From a virus (lineage: Duplodnaviria > Caudoviricetes), in IMG/VR virus record IMGVR_UViG_3300046167_000724: 64,000 bases of DNA; one strand, given 5' to 3'. Positions 11,043 to 19,816 of the stretch are shown here, one piece after another. Below the pieces are notes generated by a model. The model saw nothing but the letters and a program-made list of their open reading frames with translations. It was not told the DNA's origin and ran no database searches. The position numbers and the translations under genes are program-made. The number at the start of each line of letters is the position of its first letter. The first letter of the stretch is position 1.

Positions 11043-11597
11043 ATGCCACTTCCACATTACTCACAAGATCAAACTAGCAAGAAAGGTAGAAACTTTGAAG
11101 CAGTGCAACAATCACTGTTTGAAGTAACTATTCTTCCACCTGCTGGCGTTCAAGGTGCTAACATGCTTTTACAACAAGTTAACTCGATTTCGGGTCTTGA
11201 AATTAACAAAGCAATTGGTACACAAGAACAGAAGTTTAAATTCGTTACTCGTTCGTTTGCATCTCAACCAGAAAGCACTGCGATTGATTTAGCGATTAAC
11301 TTTTCACTTAACTTAAACGATGCTAACCAAGCATACACTTATAAGACACTAAAAGATTGGTACAATCTTATGTATGACCCAAATACTGGGGCTATGGGTC
11401 TTAAGAAAGATTATGTTGGTACTATTATTGTTACTCAATTTAACAGAAAGGGTGACATTTTTAGAACAGTAACTCTAGAAGATTGTTTCATTTCATCAGG
11501 TCTTCCATTCCTAGAGGGCGGCGACTATTCAGACGCAGCACCACAAGTTATGGATGTTACTTGGAGATGTGATAACTTTAAAGAAGAGCTAGCATAA
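11043..11597 (+). CDS. Tail tube protein (gp19-like)
   Basis: Follows sheath; LFEVTILPP, LKDWYNLMYDPNTGAMGLKKDY and VTWRCD pattern. Confidence 0.85.
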   Translation: MPLPHYSQDQTSKKGRNFEAVQQSLFEVTILPPAGVQGANMLLQQVNSISGLEINKAIGTQEQKFKFVTRSFASQPESTAIDLAINFSLNLNDANQAYTYKTLKDWYNLMYDPNTGAMGLKKDYVGTIIVTQFNRKGDIFRTVTLEDCFISSGLPFLEGGDYSDAAPQVMDVTWRCDNFKEELA

Positions 11598-11620
11598 TTT
11601 AATATTAACTAATAATACTT

Positions 11621-11654
11621 GAGGGCGAGTTTGTATAAAACTCGCTCTCTTTTT
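11621..11654 (+). terminator. Rho-independent terminator
   Basis: GAGGGCGAGTTT/AAACTCGCTCTC stem followed by a T tract. Confidence 0.8.
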
Positions 11655-11688
11655 AACCTTACAAAAGATAATATAATATCATCATACT

Positions 11689-11907
11689 ATGGCTTCAAAG
11701 CTAACAAATAAACTACAAGTCCTGTTATCCGAGGAAGAAGTATCAATGCTTAATAGAATTATATTAAACGATGCTATTCAAAACGGACAAAGACCGATAT
11801 CGATGTCGGCATTTATTAGAGAATTAATTAGAACTGAAATAGAATTACGAGACGAAGAAGATAAAATCTTCGGTAAAGAAAAATTAAAACAACTTAAAAA
11901 GAAATAA
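11689..11907 (+). CDS. Small ribbon-helix-helix-like DNA-binding protein
   Basis: KLQVLLSEEE..L and SMSAFIRELIR, a CopG/RHH-like pattern. Confidence 0.5.
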   Translation: MASKLTNKLQVLLSEEEVSMLNRIILNDAIQNGQRPISMSAFIRELIRTEIELRDEEDKIFGKEKLKQLKKK

Positions 11908-11909
11908 AC

Positions 11910-12854
11910 ATGAGCGAAGATCAAAACATGAAAGATCCATATCAGGACATGGTCGAAGGAAAAGACCAGGAAATTATTAACGAAGTAAAGCAAAATGGCT
12001 TAGGTAAAGCCACTATGTCTAAATTTGTAAATGATACATTAGACGCAGATTCACATTTGGGTTGGATGCATATAGATATTAGTGCACTACCATCTAGGGG
12101 TATGTTTTATCCTGAAGATGCTGTTATTAAAATTAAAGCAGCAACTGTTGCTGAAATTAGACATTTTTCAACAATTGATGAATCTAGTTTAATAGATATT
12201 GACGAAAAGTTAAATGAAATAGTTAAAGCTTGTATCATGGTATCGTCAAAGTCTAGTAAGTTTGCACCGAAAGATATTTGTGAAGAAGATAGATTTTATA
12301 TTCTATTATCTGTAAGAGACCTTACGTTCCCAGAACCTGAAAATACTCTTAAGATTAATCATGAATCTAAGATGGGTACTAAACATGAAGTTGAACTTAA
12401 AACTGAATATCTACAATACTTTAATATTGATTCAAGTTTAGATAAATACTACAATGAAGAATCTAGAAGATTTTTTATTGAAACCAAATCGTTTGGTACT
12501 ATTGAAATGAGACCACCGTCAATCGGTATTATGGAACAAGTTACTAAATATATTAAAGACCGTCAATTTAGAGGTCTTAATATAGACCAGTCACTTTTAC
12601 AAGTAATGCCTTTTATAATTACGGACTGGAGATCATTTAATGATAAATCATTATTTCAGCTTGAAGTTGAAATGAATGGATGGGACCATAGAAAGTATTC
12701 TTTAATTTATAAGCTTGCGGAACAAATGAAAATGGGTATTAAACCAACTATGAAAGTAGATTTAGGGGACGGCGTGGAGGATGTCCCGATTGGGTTTCGT
12801 GACGGACTCAAATCTTTGTTCATTATTCAAGATATCGCTGGAGAACTTCTTTAA
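11910..12854 (+). CDS. Baseplate hub / tail assembly chaperone (gp26-like)
   Basis: ALPSRGMFYP...IKIKAATVAE..DRFYILLSVRDLTF pattern; lies between tube and tape measure. Confidence 0.65.
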   Translation: MSEDQNMKDPYQDMVEGKDQEIINEVKQNGLGKATMSKFVNDTLDADSHLGWMHIDISALPSRGMFYPEDAVIKIKAATVAEIRHFSTIDESSLIDIDEKLNEIVKACIMVSSKSSKFAPKDICEEDRFYILLSVRDLTFPEPENTLKINHESKMGTKHEVELKTEYLQYFNIDSSLDKYYNEESRRFFIETKSFGTIEMRPPSIGIMEQVTKYIKDRQFRGLNIDQSLLQVMPFIITDWRSFNDKSLFQLEVEMNGWDHRKYSLIYKLAEQMKMGIKPTMKVDLGDGVEDVPIGFRDGLKSLFIIQDIAGELL

Positions 12855-13080
12855 GACGAAGTTTTATATCTATCTTAAACTACATTTGCAACCGAGTGAA
12901 TTGGAACAATTACCATTTTACGAGTATCATTATTTAGTTAAAGATTTAACAGAATATTTAAAACAAGAGAAGGATGCTAATGAAAGGCAATCAGCTCAAA
13001 TAGATGATACAAGGTCGACATACAAACAACCTAGTATGCCAAAATTTAATCAACCTAGGGTTAACGTCCCTAAAATATAA
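12781..13080 (+). CDS. Small hub-assembly protein (gp51-like / GT-type extension), overlapping the previous gene in the +1 frame
   Basis: SLENFFKTKFYIYLKLHLQPSELEQLPFYEYHYLV resembles the short ORFs that follow gp26-like genes; start uncertain. Confidence 0.55.
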   Translation: MSRLGFVTDSNLCSLFKISLENFFKTKFYIYLKLHLQPSELEQLPFYEYHYLVKDLTEYLKQEKDANERQSAQIDDTRSTYKQPSMPKFNQPRVNVPKI

Positions 13081-13082
13081 CT

Positions 13083-13119
13083 TTAAGGGTGGGGTTTTAC
13101 GCCCCGCCCTTAATTTTTT
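13083..13119 (+). terminator. Rho-independent terminator
   Basis: TTAAGGGTGGGG/CCCCGCCCTTAA stem plus T tract. Confidence 0.85.
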
Positions 13120-13163
13120 ATAGATATATACAAAAATGCTAAAATCAAACAAGTAATTAATTA

Positions 13164-15668
13164 ATGGCATCAAAGGGTATTCCAACATCTGCTGGTATTG
13201 GTAAATTAACACAAAATTCTATTTTAGGTAATAATATACTTTCTAAAATAGAAGGTATTGCTAGTGGTAATGCAGAGAAATTGACTAATATTGATAGTAA
13301 TGTTAATTCGATGTCTACATCGCTTGATAAAATTACTGAATTAATATCTGTTCAAAATAAAATTTTAGAACAAATTAGAGATGTTGTTGTTAGTAAGGGT
13401 GGCGAAAAAAAATCTACGGGTGTTGCTGTTGGTGGTTTTGATTTTAAATCAATAGGTAAATCTGCTAGTAAAGCAATCGGAGCTGGTATTGGTATTGTAG
13501 CCATGGCAGCGGCTATTTCTTTAGCTGCGGGTATTTTTATGATGATACCATCAGCACCCCCTAAAGATATTTTAACTAAATTTGGTATTGCATTAGGTAC
13601 TGTTGGTGTATTAATGTTAATGGCACCCGCATTTTCTAAATTAATAGCGTCGTTAGGTTCTATAAAAAGCACATCATCTATTAGTTATGGTGGTGCGGAT
13701 ATTAGTACATCTGGTATTGATATTATGGGTATTGTGGCATCAGTTGGTGGTGCGTTTATTTCATTACTTGCAATGTCCGCTGGAATTGTAGCTTCTGCAT
13801 CTATTTTACAGTATATGCCAGATGACACAACATTGTTCCCTAAATTAGGTATGGCAATATTAGTTGCGGTCGCATTAGTACCTGTGGCTTTTGCATTCAC
13901 GCAAGTGATGTCTATATTAGCAAACATGAAATCATCCACTGATTTAAAAGCGGGTGATAAATTTGGGGGAAGCAAATCGGGTAGTGATATTATGGGTATG
14001 GTTGCCGCTATTGGTGGAGCGTTTATTAGTTTAATAGCAATGAGTGGTGCTATTGTAGCAGCTGCATATATTTTACAATACATGCCAAATGATGAAAGTT
14101 TAATGAAAAAAGCTCTTATTGCTGGTGTAATTGGTTTTGCAATGATTCCAGTTGCATTTGCATTTGGCGCTATTATAAAATCAATGTCAAGTATAGCTTC
14201 AAATCCAATGGCTGTTGCAATTGCAGTCGCGGGTGCAGCTATCGCATTACCATTAATGATGGGTGCTTTAGGTTTAGGTATACATGCTTTAAACGCTACA
14301 ATGCCAGATACTTATCCAGCACTACCAGAATGGAAATGGTTAGGACAACTTGCGGTACTTGCTGCAATTGGTACTTTAGTATTTTATGGAGTTTCTAAAG
14401 CCGTTGCTGACCTTAGTATAAAAGGATTTATAATGACGGCATTGGGCATACCCGTATTATTTGCAGCTTTAGCTACAGGTATTTATTTATGGAATTTATT
14501 GGGTCCAGGTGCTGATGCTGATTATTCAAATCCAATAGATACTGAATGGGCATTTAAAACTGCAATAGGGTTATTAGCATTTGTTATACCATTAGCAGCC
14601 TTGGCTTTAGTTTCTAAGATGGGTCCGCAAGCATTATTATTAGGAACTCTTGGTATTTCACTATTAATGGGGGCTATTGCAGCGGGTCTTTGGTTATTTG
14701 ATAAATTTGGACCAGATGATCCGGCAGCTGTTGCAAATACTTTTGGACAAGTAATGTTAGCACCTTTTAATGTTTTAGCAGATACCTTAGCTAATTTTAT
14801 GAATAAAATCGGTATTGAAAATATGGGGCCTTTAGCATTAGGTCTTACAAAACTTGGTGCTGGTTGGGCTGCGTTTGTAGCGGCTGTAAGTGTTGGTAAT
14901 GTTGCCCAAAGTATAGGGAGTTTAGTTAGTGGTACCGTTGATGCGGTTAAAGATTTAGGCTCTAGTGTTGTAAATCTTTTCACGGGAGGTGATTCTAAAG
15001 CTACAGAAAATAAGGGTACCGCACTGGATTTGATAACTAAAATAGGTAAAAATATAAATGTTATTCAAAAAGCAGGACCTGCGTTAACATCCATGGCTTC
15101 CGCTATGCAGAAATTCGCAAAGTATACTGAAGATGATTTTGATCCAGTTCATAATATTCTTTTCCAGATGGAAAGGCTTGGTGATCCAGATAGTAGAGCA
15201 AAGCGTTATGGCAGTAGTACAAAGAACGGTTCAAGATATGGTATTGAAAATACTTTAGAGATTTTCGATCGTGCAATACAAAGTAGTAATAAACTTAGTA
15301 ATATTCAAGGTGCTCAAAAAACTAAAGAATTATTTCAAGAACTAAATAATATAATGGCTAACCCTAATAGTTTAGAAGGTATGCAACTTATGATTAAACT
15401 ATTTCAACAAATAGCAACATCTATGGAAACGGCTGGAGAAGCAATGGATGGTTCTTCTAATGGTTTAGCAACACTTGTAAATGCATTTAATAAGGTAAGT
15501 AATAAAATTGGCGGTACTGTCGGTTCGAATTCAAATAATTCTACATCTACACCACAATTGTCATCTTCTAATAAAGGGCCTAGAGATTTAATTGCAGCTA
15601 TTAAACGTTTAGAGACAGTGATGTCAGGTACTCAACAAGTATTTGTGGTTAACCAAGAAGGTCTTTAA
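13164..15668 (+). CDS. Tape-measure-like protein
   Basis: Long Ala/Gly/Ile-rich helical protein with hydrophobic segments, immediately downstream of the tail chaperone genes. Confidence 0.65.
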   Translation: MASKGIPTSAGIGKLTQNSILGNNILSKIEGIASGNAEKLTNIDSNVNSMSTSLDKITELISVQNKILEQIRDVVVSKGGEKKSTGVAVGGFDFKSIGKSASKAIGAGIGIVAMAAAISLAAGIFMMIPSAPPKDILTKFGIALGTVGVLMLMAPAFSKLIASLGSIKSTSSISYGGADISTSGIDIMGIVASVGGAFISLLAMSAGIVASASILQYMPDDTTLFPKLGMAILVAVALVPVAFAFTQVMSILANMKSSTDLKAGDKFGGSKSGSDIMGMVAAIGGAFISLIAMSGAIVAAAYILQYMPNDESLMKKALIAGVIGFAMIPVAFAFGAIIKSMSSIASNPMAVAIAVAGAAIALPLMMGALGLGIHALNATMPDTYPALPEWKWLGQLAVLAAIGTLVFYGVSKAVADLSIKGFIMTALGIPVLFAALATGIYLWNLLGPGADADYSNPIDTEWAFKTAIGLLAFVIPLAALALVSKMGPQALLLGTLGISLLMGAIAAGLWLFDKFGPDDPAAVANTFGQVMLAPFNVLADTLANFMNKIGIENMGPLALGLTKLGAGWAAFVAAVSVGNVAQSIGSLVSGTVDAVKDLGSSVVNLFTGGDSKATENKGTALDLITKIGKNINVIQKAGPALTSMASAMQKFAKYTEDDFDPVHNILFQMERLGDPDSRAKRYGSSTKNGSRYGIENTLEIFDRAIQSSNKLSNIQGAQKTKELFQELNNIMANPNSLEGMQLMIKLFQQIATSMETAGEAMDGSSNGLATLVNAFNKVSNKIGGTVGSNSNNSTSTPQLSSSNKGPRDLIAAIKRLETVMSGTQQVFVVNQEGL

Positions 15669-15744
15669 TCTTTAAACCTTATTTTACCCTCAGGCATAAA
15701 ACCATAACTTATATGGTGTATATGACCCTTTAGTTTCAAATACA

Positions 15745-15852
15745 ATGAAAAATAATAATAAAGTTTGTACAACTTGTAATATAGTTATACCATCTGGTTT
15801 ACCAATGGATAATATTTGTACAAAATGTCTAATTAGTAAGAAACAATCTTAA
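15745..15852 (+). CDS. Small CxxC-CxxC (Zn-ribbon-like) protein, 35 aa
   Basis: MKNNNKVCTTCNIVIPSGLPMDNICTKCLISKKQS, translated by hand; below ORF-track cutoff. Confidence 0.5.
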   Translation: MKNNNKVCTTCNIVIPSGLPMDNICTKCLISKKQS

Positions 15853-15886
15853 TTTAACACATATAATAGTTGTTAAATAATTAGAT

Positions 15887-16129
15887 ATGATTACATCAAC
15901 ACATTCACATTACGATAGCTCTACGGTCAAGTCAGCAGCTTACAACTACAAACACCAAACTCTTACGGTTCACTTTAATCATGCAACTTATTTATATGAG
16001 GGTGTTTCGGTAGAAGATTGGACTAAATTCGATACGGCAAAGTCTCAAGGTATTGCTCTTAATGATTTCATAAAGGGTAAGTACAATTTTGAAAAAATAA
16101 ATGAGACAGAAAAGGTAGCGAATATATAA
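15887..16129 (+). CDS. KTSC-domain protein
   Basis: SSTVKSAAYN..QTLTVHF...YLYEGVS...F..AKSQG..LNDFIKGKY. Confidence 0.9.
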   Translation: MITSTHSHYDSSTVKSAAYNYKHQTLTVHFNHATYLYEGVSVEDWTKFDTAKSQGIALNDFIKGKYNFEKINETEKVANI

Positions 16130-16223
16130 GTTTCTTATGAAACAAACTCTAACTTGAGAGTATAAATTAAGTAAAAAGTTATTTGTTTTTTTTGATTACA
16201 CATTAGAGAATTTATTCTCGGCT

Positions 16224-16305
16224 GCGGATGTGTTGAAATTGGTAGACAAGCTGGTTTTAGGCACCAGTGCTTTACGGCGTGAAGGTTCGAGTCCTTTCAT
16301 CCGCA
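16224..16305 (+). tRNA. tRNA-Leu(TAG)
   Basis: GCGGATG/CATCCGC acceptor stem, CTGGT-TTTAGGC-ACCAG anticodon arm, long variable arm, TTCGA loop. Confidence 0.95.
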
Positions 16306-16391
16306 CAACTAATATACGAAGGAGTGAAAGAGATTTTACGTCGGCTTAAGGTCATAACGTTCACTGACAAACAGGTAGCCTTCAGATTATT

Positions 16392-16465
16392 GGACTCGTA
16401 GCTCAGCTGGATAGAGCATCTGCCTTCTAAGCAGACGGTCATAGGTTCGAATCCTATCGGGTTCA
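16392..16465 (+). tRNA. tRNA-Arg(TCT)
   Basis: Cloverleaf; TCTGC-CTTCTAA-GCAGA anticodon arm. Confidence 0.96.
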
Positions 16466-16472
16466 CAAGTAT

Positions 16473-16546
16473 TCCTTCTTAGCTCAGTTGGTTAGAGCAT
16501 CTGACTGTTAATCAGAGGGTCCTTGGTTCGAGCCCAAGAGAAGGAG
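16473..16546 (+). tRNA. tRNA-Asn(GTT)
   Basis: TCCTTCT/AGAAGGA acceptor; TCTGA-CTGTTAA-TCAGA anticodon arm. Confidence 0.96.
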
Positions 16547-16654
16547 CAACCCAGACGTGTACTCAAAAATGAGTTAAAAAAGTTGCTTCAAGAATGAAAC
16601 AACATGAGAAGCTATTAGTATAATAGAAGTTCTTTGACATATTGGTAGTCAACC

Positions 16655-16739
16655 GGAGAGGTGGCAGAGTGGTCGAATGCACCAGTCTTGAAAACTGGCG
16701 TACTGCAAGGTACCGGGGGTTCGAATCCCTCCCTCTCCG
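16655..16739 (+). tRNA. tRNA-Ser(TGA)
   Basis: GGAGAGG/CCTCTCC acceptor; CCAGT-CTTGAAA-ACTGG anticodon arm; long variable arm. Confidence 0.96.
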
Positions 16740-16836
16740 CTGAGAAGGTTTTCGGTGTAAAGTTCTTAGGAACACCTTATCAAAATCCTATATGGTTCCA
16801 CTACATATAGGGCTAATGTGGATAAAAACCGAGGTT

Positions 16837-16910
16837 GGTCTGGTAGTTCAGCTGGTTAGAATACAAGCCTGTCACGCTTGGGGTCGAGGGTTCGAGTCCC
16901 TTCCAGATCG
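16837..16910 (+). tRNA. tRNA-Asp(GTC)
   Basis: CAAGC-CTGTCAC-GCTTG anticodon arm; G73. Confidence 0.96.
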
Positions 16911-16915
16911 CATAC

Positions 16916-16988
16916 GCCTCTTTAGCTCAGTTGGTAGAGCAGCTGATTTGTAATCAGCAGGTCGTCAGTTCAAGTCTGTCAAGAGGCT
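16916..16988 (+). tRNA. tRNA-Thr(TGT)
   Basis: GCTGA-TTTGTAA-TCAGC anticodon arm. Confidence 0.95.
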
Positions 16989-17151
16989 CAAAAATAAAAA
17001 AACACTGGTAAGCTAAGCCAGAACCTATTATATGTAGGTTACATATATAGTCGCAGTCAGGTACTCGACAGAGTTCTTAGTCTCTTAAAAACTAGGTGGA
17101 GTCAATGACGAAAGTCGGAAGGTTTAGGTTATCCTTTTAAAATAATCTGAT

Positions 17152-17225
17152 GGGGGATTAGCTCAGCTGGCTAGAGCGCCTGCCTTGCACGCAGGAGGTC
17201 ATCGGTTCGACTCCGATATTCTCCA
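17152..17225 (+). tRNA. tRNA-Ala(TGC)
   Basis: G3:U70 identity pair; CCTGC-CTTGCAC-GCAGG anticodon arm. Confidence 0.96.
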
Positions 17226-17318
17226 CTAACAGTACTTACACCGCTTCCCATTTGAACAGCGCGCTTAGGAGTAAGTCTTTTACGGGAATAAATGGTTGCA
17301 AACGTTTATTCCCACTTT

Positions 17319-17390
17319 GCGAAAGTAGCTCAGCGGTAGAGCATCACCTTGCCAAGGTGAGGGTCGCGAGTTCAATCCTCGTCTTTCGCT
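17319..17390 (+). tRNA. tRNA-Gly(GCC)
   Basis: TCACC-TTGCCAA-GGTGA anticodon arm; U73. Confidence 0.96.
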
Positions 17391-17409
17391 CAATGACTGC
17401 CAGTCAAGT

Positions 17410-17449
17410 AAAGCCCATTTAATTAATTTTAGGTGGGCTTTCTCATTTT
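17410..17449 (+). terminator. Terminator closing the tRNA cluster
   Basis: AAAGCCCA/TGGGCTTT stem followed by T-rich run. Confidence 0.7.
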
Positions 17450-17495
17450 GAAACATTTCTATTTTATTTCATATAATATTAAAATATATTTTATT

Positions 17496-17864
17496 ATGGA
17501 TATTGTAAATACTATTCTTACAGTTATTATTTCAGCAGGTTTCACGATTACTATTCTTGAAATTAAAAATGCTTTTACTAAAGAAGTAAAAGACATGTCT
17601 GATGGTTTAGACTTTTTAGATTTAGAAGCTCGTATTACAGCTCTAGAATCTGGTATAAAGGCGCATACTGAAAATATTAGAGTTCTTTCAGGTCAAATTA
17701 CAAAATTACAAACTGAAACTATTGAACTAAAAAATCAAGTAAATCCTATTTCTAGAGAAACCAAAAATATTGGAACTTCAATAAATAATTTAACGTCATT
17801 TGTTGATAAAACAAGGGGTATTGCTGAAGATAATAAAAGAAGACTAGATAGTTTAAATAAGTAA
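17496..17864 (+). CDS. N-terminal TM plus coiled-coil protein
   Basis: ATG 17496 lies downstream of a class II promoter; hydrophobic N-terminus then heptads (LEARITALE..LSGQITKLQ). Confidence 0.65.
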   Translation: MDIVNTILTVIISAGFTITILEIKNAFTKEVKDMSDGLDFLDLEARITALESGIKAHTENIRVLSGQITKLQTETIELKNQVNPISRETKNIGTSINNLTSFVDKTRGIAEDNKRRLDSLNK

Positions 17865-18133
17865 TGTCTAAAATTAATCAAATATTAACAGGCTGGGCAA
17901 ACACTGTTAAAGACCGATTTAATATGTTACAACCTGAGGTTAAAGAAATCTCAGAGAAAAGACTTAATGTATGTAATGAATGTTCCATGAGAAATGGTTC
18001 TATTTGTGACACAAGGCGAGTAGCACCTAATGTTAAAACCGGTGCACTTACCAGAGGTTGTGGTTGTAATTTACTTGCAAAAACGATGTCACCGTCTTCT
18101 GAGTGTCCATTAAGTAAATGGGAGAATATATAA
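17864..18133 (+). CDS. Small Cys-rich protein
   Basis: CNEC..C..GCGC..KT..ECPLSKW. Confidence 0.75.
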   Translation: MSKINQILTGWANTVKDRFNMLQPEVKEISEKRLNVCNECSMRNGSICDTRRVAPNVKTGALTRGCGCNLLAKTMSPSSECPLSKWENI

Positions 18134-18138
18134 TGACA

Positions 18139-18210
18139 GGCCCCTTCGTCTATCGGTTAGGACGTCAGGTTTTCATCCTGGAAAGAAGAGTTCGATTCTC
18201 TTAGGGGTCA
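18139..18210 (+). tRNA. tRNA-Glu(TTC)
   Basis: GGCCCCT/AGGGGTC acceptor; TCAGG-TTTTCAT-CCTGG anticodon arm. Confidence 0.93.
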
Positions 18211-18227
18211 CAATAAATTTAATAATT

Positions 18228-18359
18228 ATGAATGAAAATTGTGTAAGTTGTAGCGTTGAAACAAACGTTAACATTAATGAAAACATTGATAATAGACATT
18301 ATTATGTCGAAGGTGCTGGCCAATTATGCAAGCCCTGTTATAATAAGATATATAAGTAA
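18228..18359 (+). CDS. Small Zn-finger-like protein, 43 aa
   Basis: MNENCVSC...HYYVEGAGQLCKPCYNKIYK, translated by hand; stop overlaps the next ATG. Confidence 0.7.
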   Translation: MNENCVSCSVETNVNINENIDNRHYYVEGAGQLCKPCYNKIYK

Positions 18360-18574
18360 TGAAGGTATATATTTATATTAATCCAAATTCAGCCGTTTAT
18401 CTATCAGGTATACTATCAAACGAAACCTTAAATTTAGAACCAGGTGCTGTTAAAATAAAATACTCAACTAGAAGTGTTGACGAGTTATCATTAATGGTTT
18501 CTTTAACACTTGACCATTTTGTTTGGTTACAAGACCAAGAGTGGTTAACTGAGTATGCAATGTTACTTAATTAA
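18359..18574 (+). CDS. Hypothetical protein
   Basis: Start and stop coupled to both neighbours. Confidence 0.6.
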   Translation: MKVYIYINPNSAVYLSGILSNETLNLEPGAVKIKYSTRSVDELSLMVSLTLDHFVWLQDQEWLTEYAMLLN

Positions 18575-18891
18575 TGAATCGTAAAATGAAACAACAAGAA
18601 GTATTTGTGACTTTAGTTAATAAACAACTAGAGCCGTTTAATAAAACATATACTGATATGGTCGGCGTAGATGACTGGTATATGAAATATGTGGTAACAC
18701 CAGAACAAGAATCTGAGTTTATTGAATGGGGTGCTAAATATTTACAGAAAACATTAAAACTTACTAAAAAACAAGCACAAATGGAAATCAATTGGTTTGT
18801 GTTACAGTGGGGTCTTAAAAGTTCTAAAATAGTTAACAGTGCCTCTTCAATAGAGGAAATTATACAGGCTAATAAAAAGTCAAAAGCATAA
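18574..18891 (+). CDS. Hypothetical protein
   Basis: ORF followed by a terminator at 18898-18922. Confidence 0.7.
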   Translation: MNRKMKQQEVFVTLVNKQLEPFNKTYTDMVGVDDWYMKYVVTPEQESEFIEWGAKYLQKTLKLTKKQAQMEINWFVLQWGLKSSKIVNSASSIEEIIQANKKSKA

Positions 18892-18931
18892 AAAATTAAG
18901 TCTGGTTTTACCGGACTTTTTTATAATAAAT

Positions 18932-19813
18932 ATGATATTAAAAATTAATTCAAGAGGCCGCGAGGTTAAAGAACTTCAAGAGTTTTTAGGTATTACGGTA
19001 GACGGTCATTTTGGTCCGGCAACTAAAGAAGCTGTATTTAAGTGGCAAACACAGAACGGTTTAAGGACTGACGGTATTGTTGGACCAAAAACATGGGACG
19101 CAATGGGTTTAGCATCTACGGACGAATCTGAGAAGTCTTATGTTACAGATAATGGTTTACCTATAACAAGACACTTCTTACCACATGGTGAATATAAAGT
19201 AGGTCCAGTCAAGCCTGAATATGTTTTTTTACATCACACTGCTGGTTGGCACAATCCATATAAAACTATTGACAATTGGGGTAAAGATACTCGAGGTGCG
19301 ATTGCCACTGAATTTGTTTTAGGTGGACAATCGGTTAAAGGTGATAATAATAATTATGACGGTGTATTAGTTCAAGCTTTTCCAGAGGGTGGCTATGGGT
19401 GGCACCTGGGTAAGAACGGTTCACAACACATGCATGTACATTCAGTTGGTGTTGAGGTTAATAACTTTGGCCAAATTGTAAATGGTAAAACCTGGGCGGG
19501 TGTTTCAGTTGATCGTTCACAAATTGTTGTTCTTGAAAAACCGTTTAGGGGATATTCAACATGGCATCGTTATTCAGATGCACAAATATCAACATTGCAT
19601 AAATGGATTTTATTCATAGCTGAAAGAGACGGTATTGATGTTAGAGCGGGCTTACCAGCTTTGATCAAGGAAAAAGGTGCTGATGCGTTTGAATTTAATG
19701 AAGATGCATATTATGGTAAGATTAAAGGTTTATGGACTCATACAAATACACGCAAAGATAAATTTGACATGTTTCCACAACCAGAATTGATGGATATGTT
19801 AATGAGCTTATAA
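18932..19813 (+). CDS. Endolysin: peptidoglycan-binding domain plus N-acetylmuramoyl-L-alanine amidase (Amidase_2)
   Basis: VKELQEFLG..VDGHFGPAT..FQ..GLRTDGIVGPKTW; catalytic FLHHTA, GVEVNN, HTNTRKDKFDMFP. Confidence 0.9.
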   Translation: MILKINSRGREVKELQEFLGITVDGHFGPATKEAVFKWQTQNGLRTDGIVGPKTWDAMGLASTDESEKSYVTDNGLPITRHFLPHGEYKVGPVKPEYVFLHHTAGWHNPYKTIDNWGKDTRGAIATEFVLGGQSVKGDNNNYDGVLVQAFPEGGYGWHLGKNGSQHMHVHSVGVEVNNFGQIVNGKTWAGVSVDRSQIVVLEKPFRGYSTWHRYSDAQISTLHKWILFIAERDGIDVRAGLPALIKEKGADAFEFNEDAYYGKIKGLWTHTNTRKDKFDMFPQPELMDMLMSL

Positions 19814-19816
19814 ATA

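Noticed and set aside
16272-16775. Minus-strand ORFs 16272-16466 and 16563-16775
   Set aside because: Antisense to well-formed tRNA genes
16740-16836. HDV-like (theta) ribozyme after tRNA-Ser (stem followed by GCTAA)
   Set aside because: No GG for P1.1 before the stem and no P1/P2/P3 nesting from the tRNA 3' end; kept only as a pseudoknot candidate
17090-17120. Hammerhead ribozyme (GTC-AAT-GAC-GAAA)
   Set aside because: The required CUGANGA core is absent upstream
17496-18133. Spanin pair
   Set aside because: The first gene has TM plus coiled coil, but the second lacks a lipoprotein signal or lipobox
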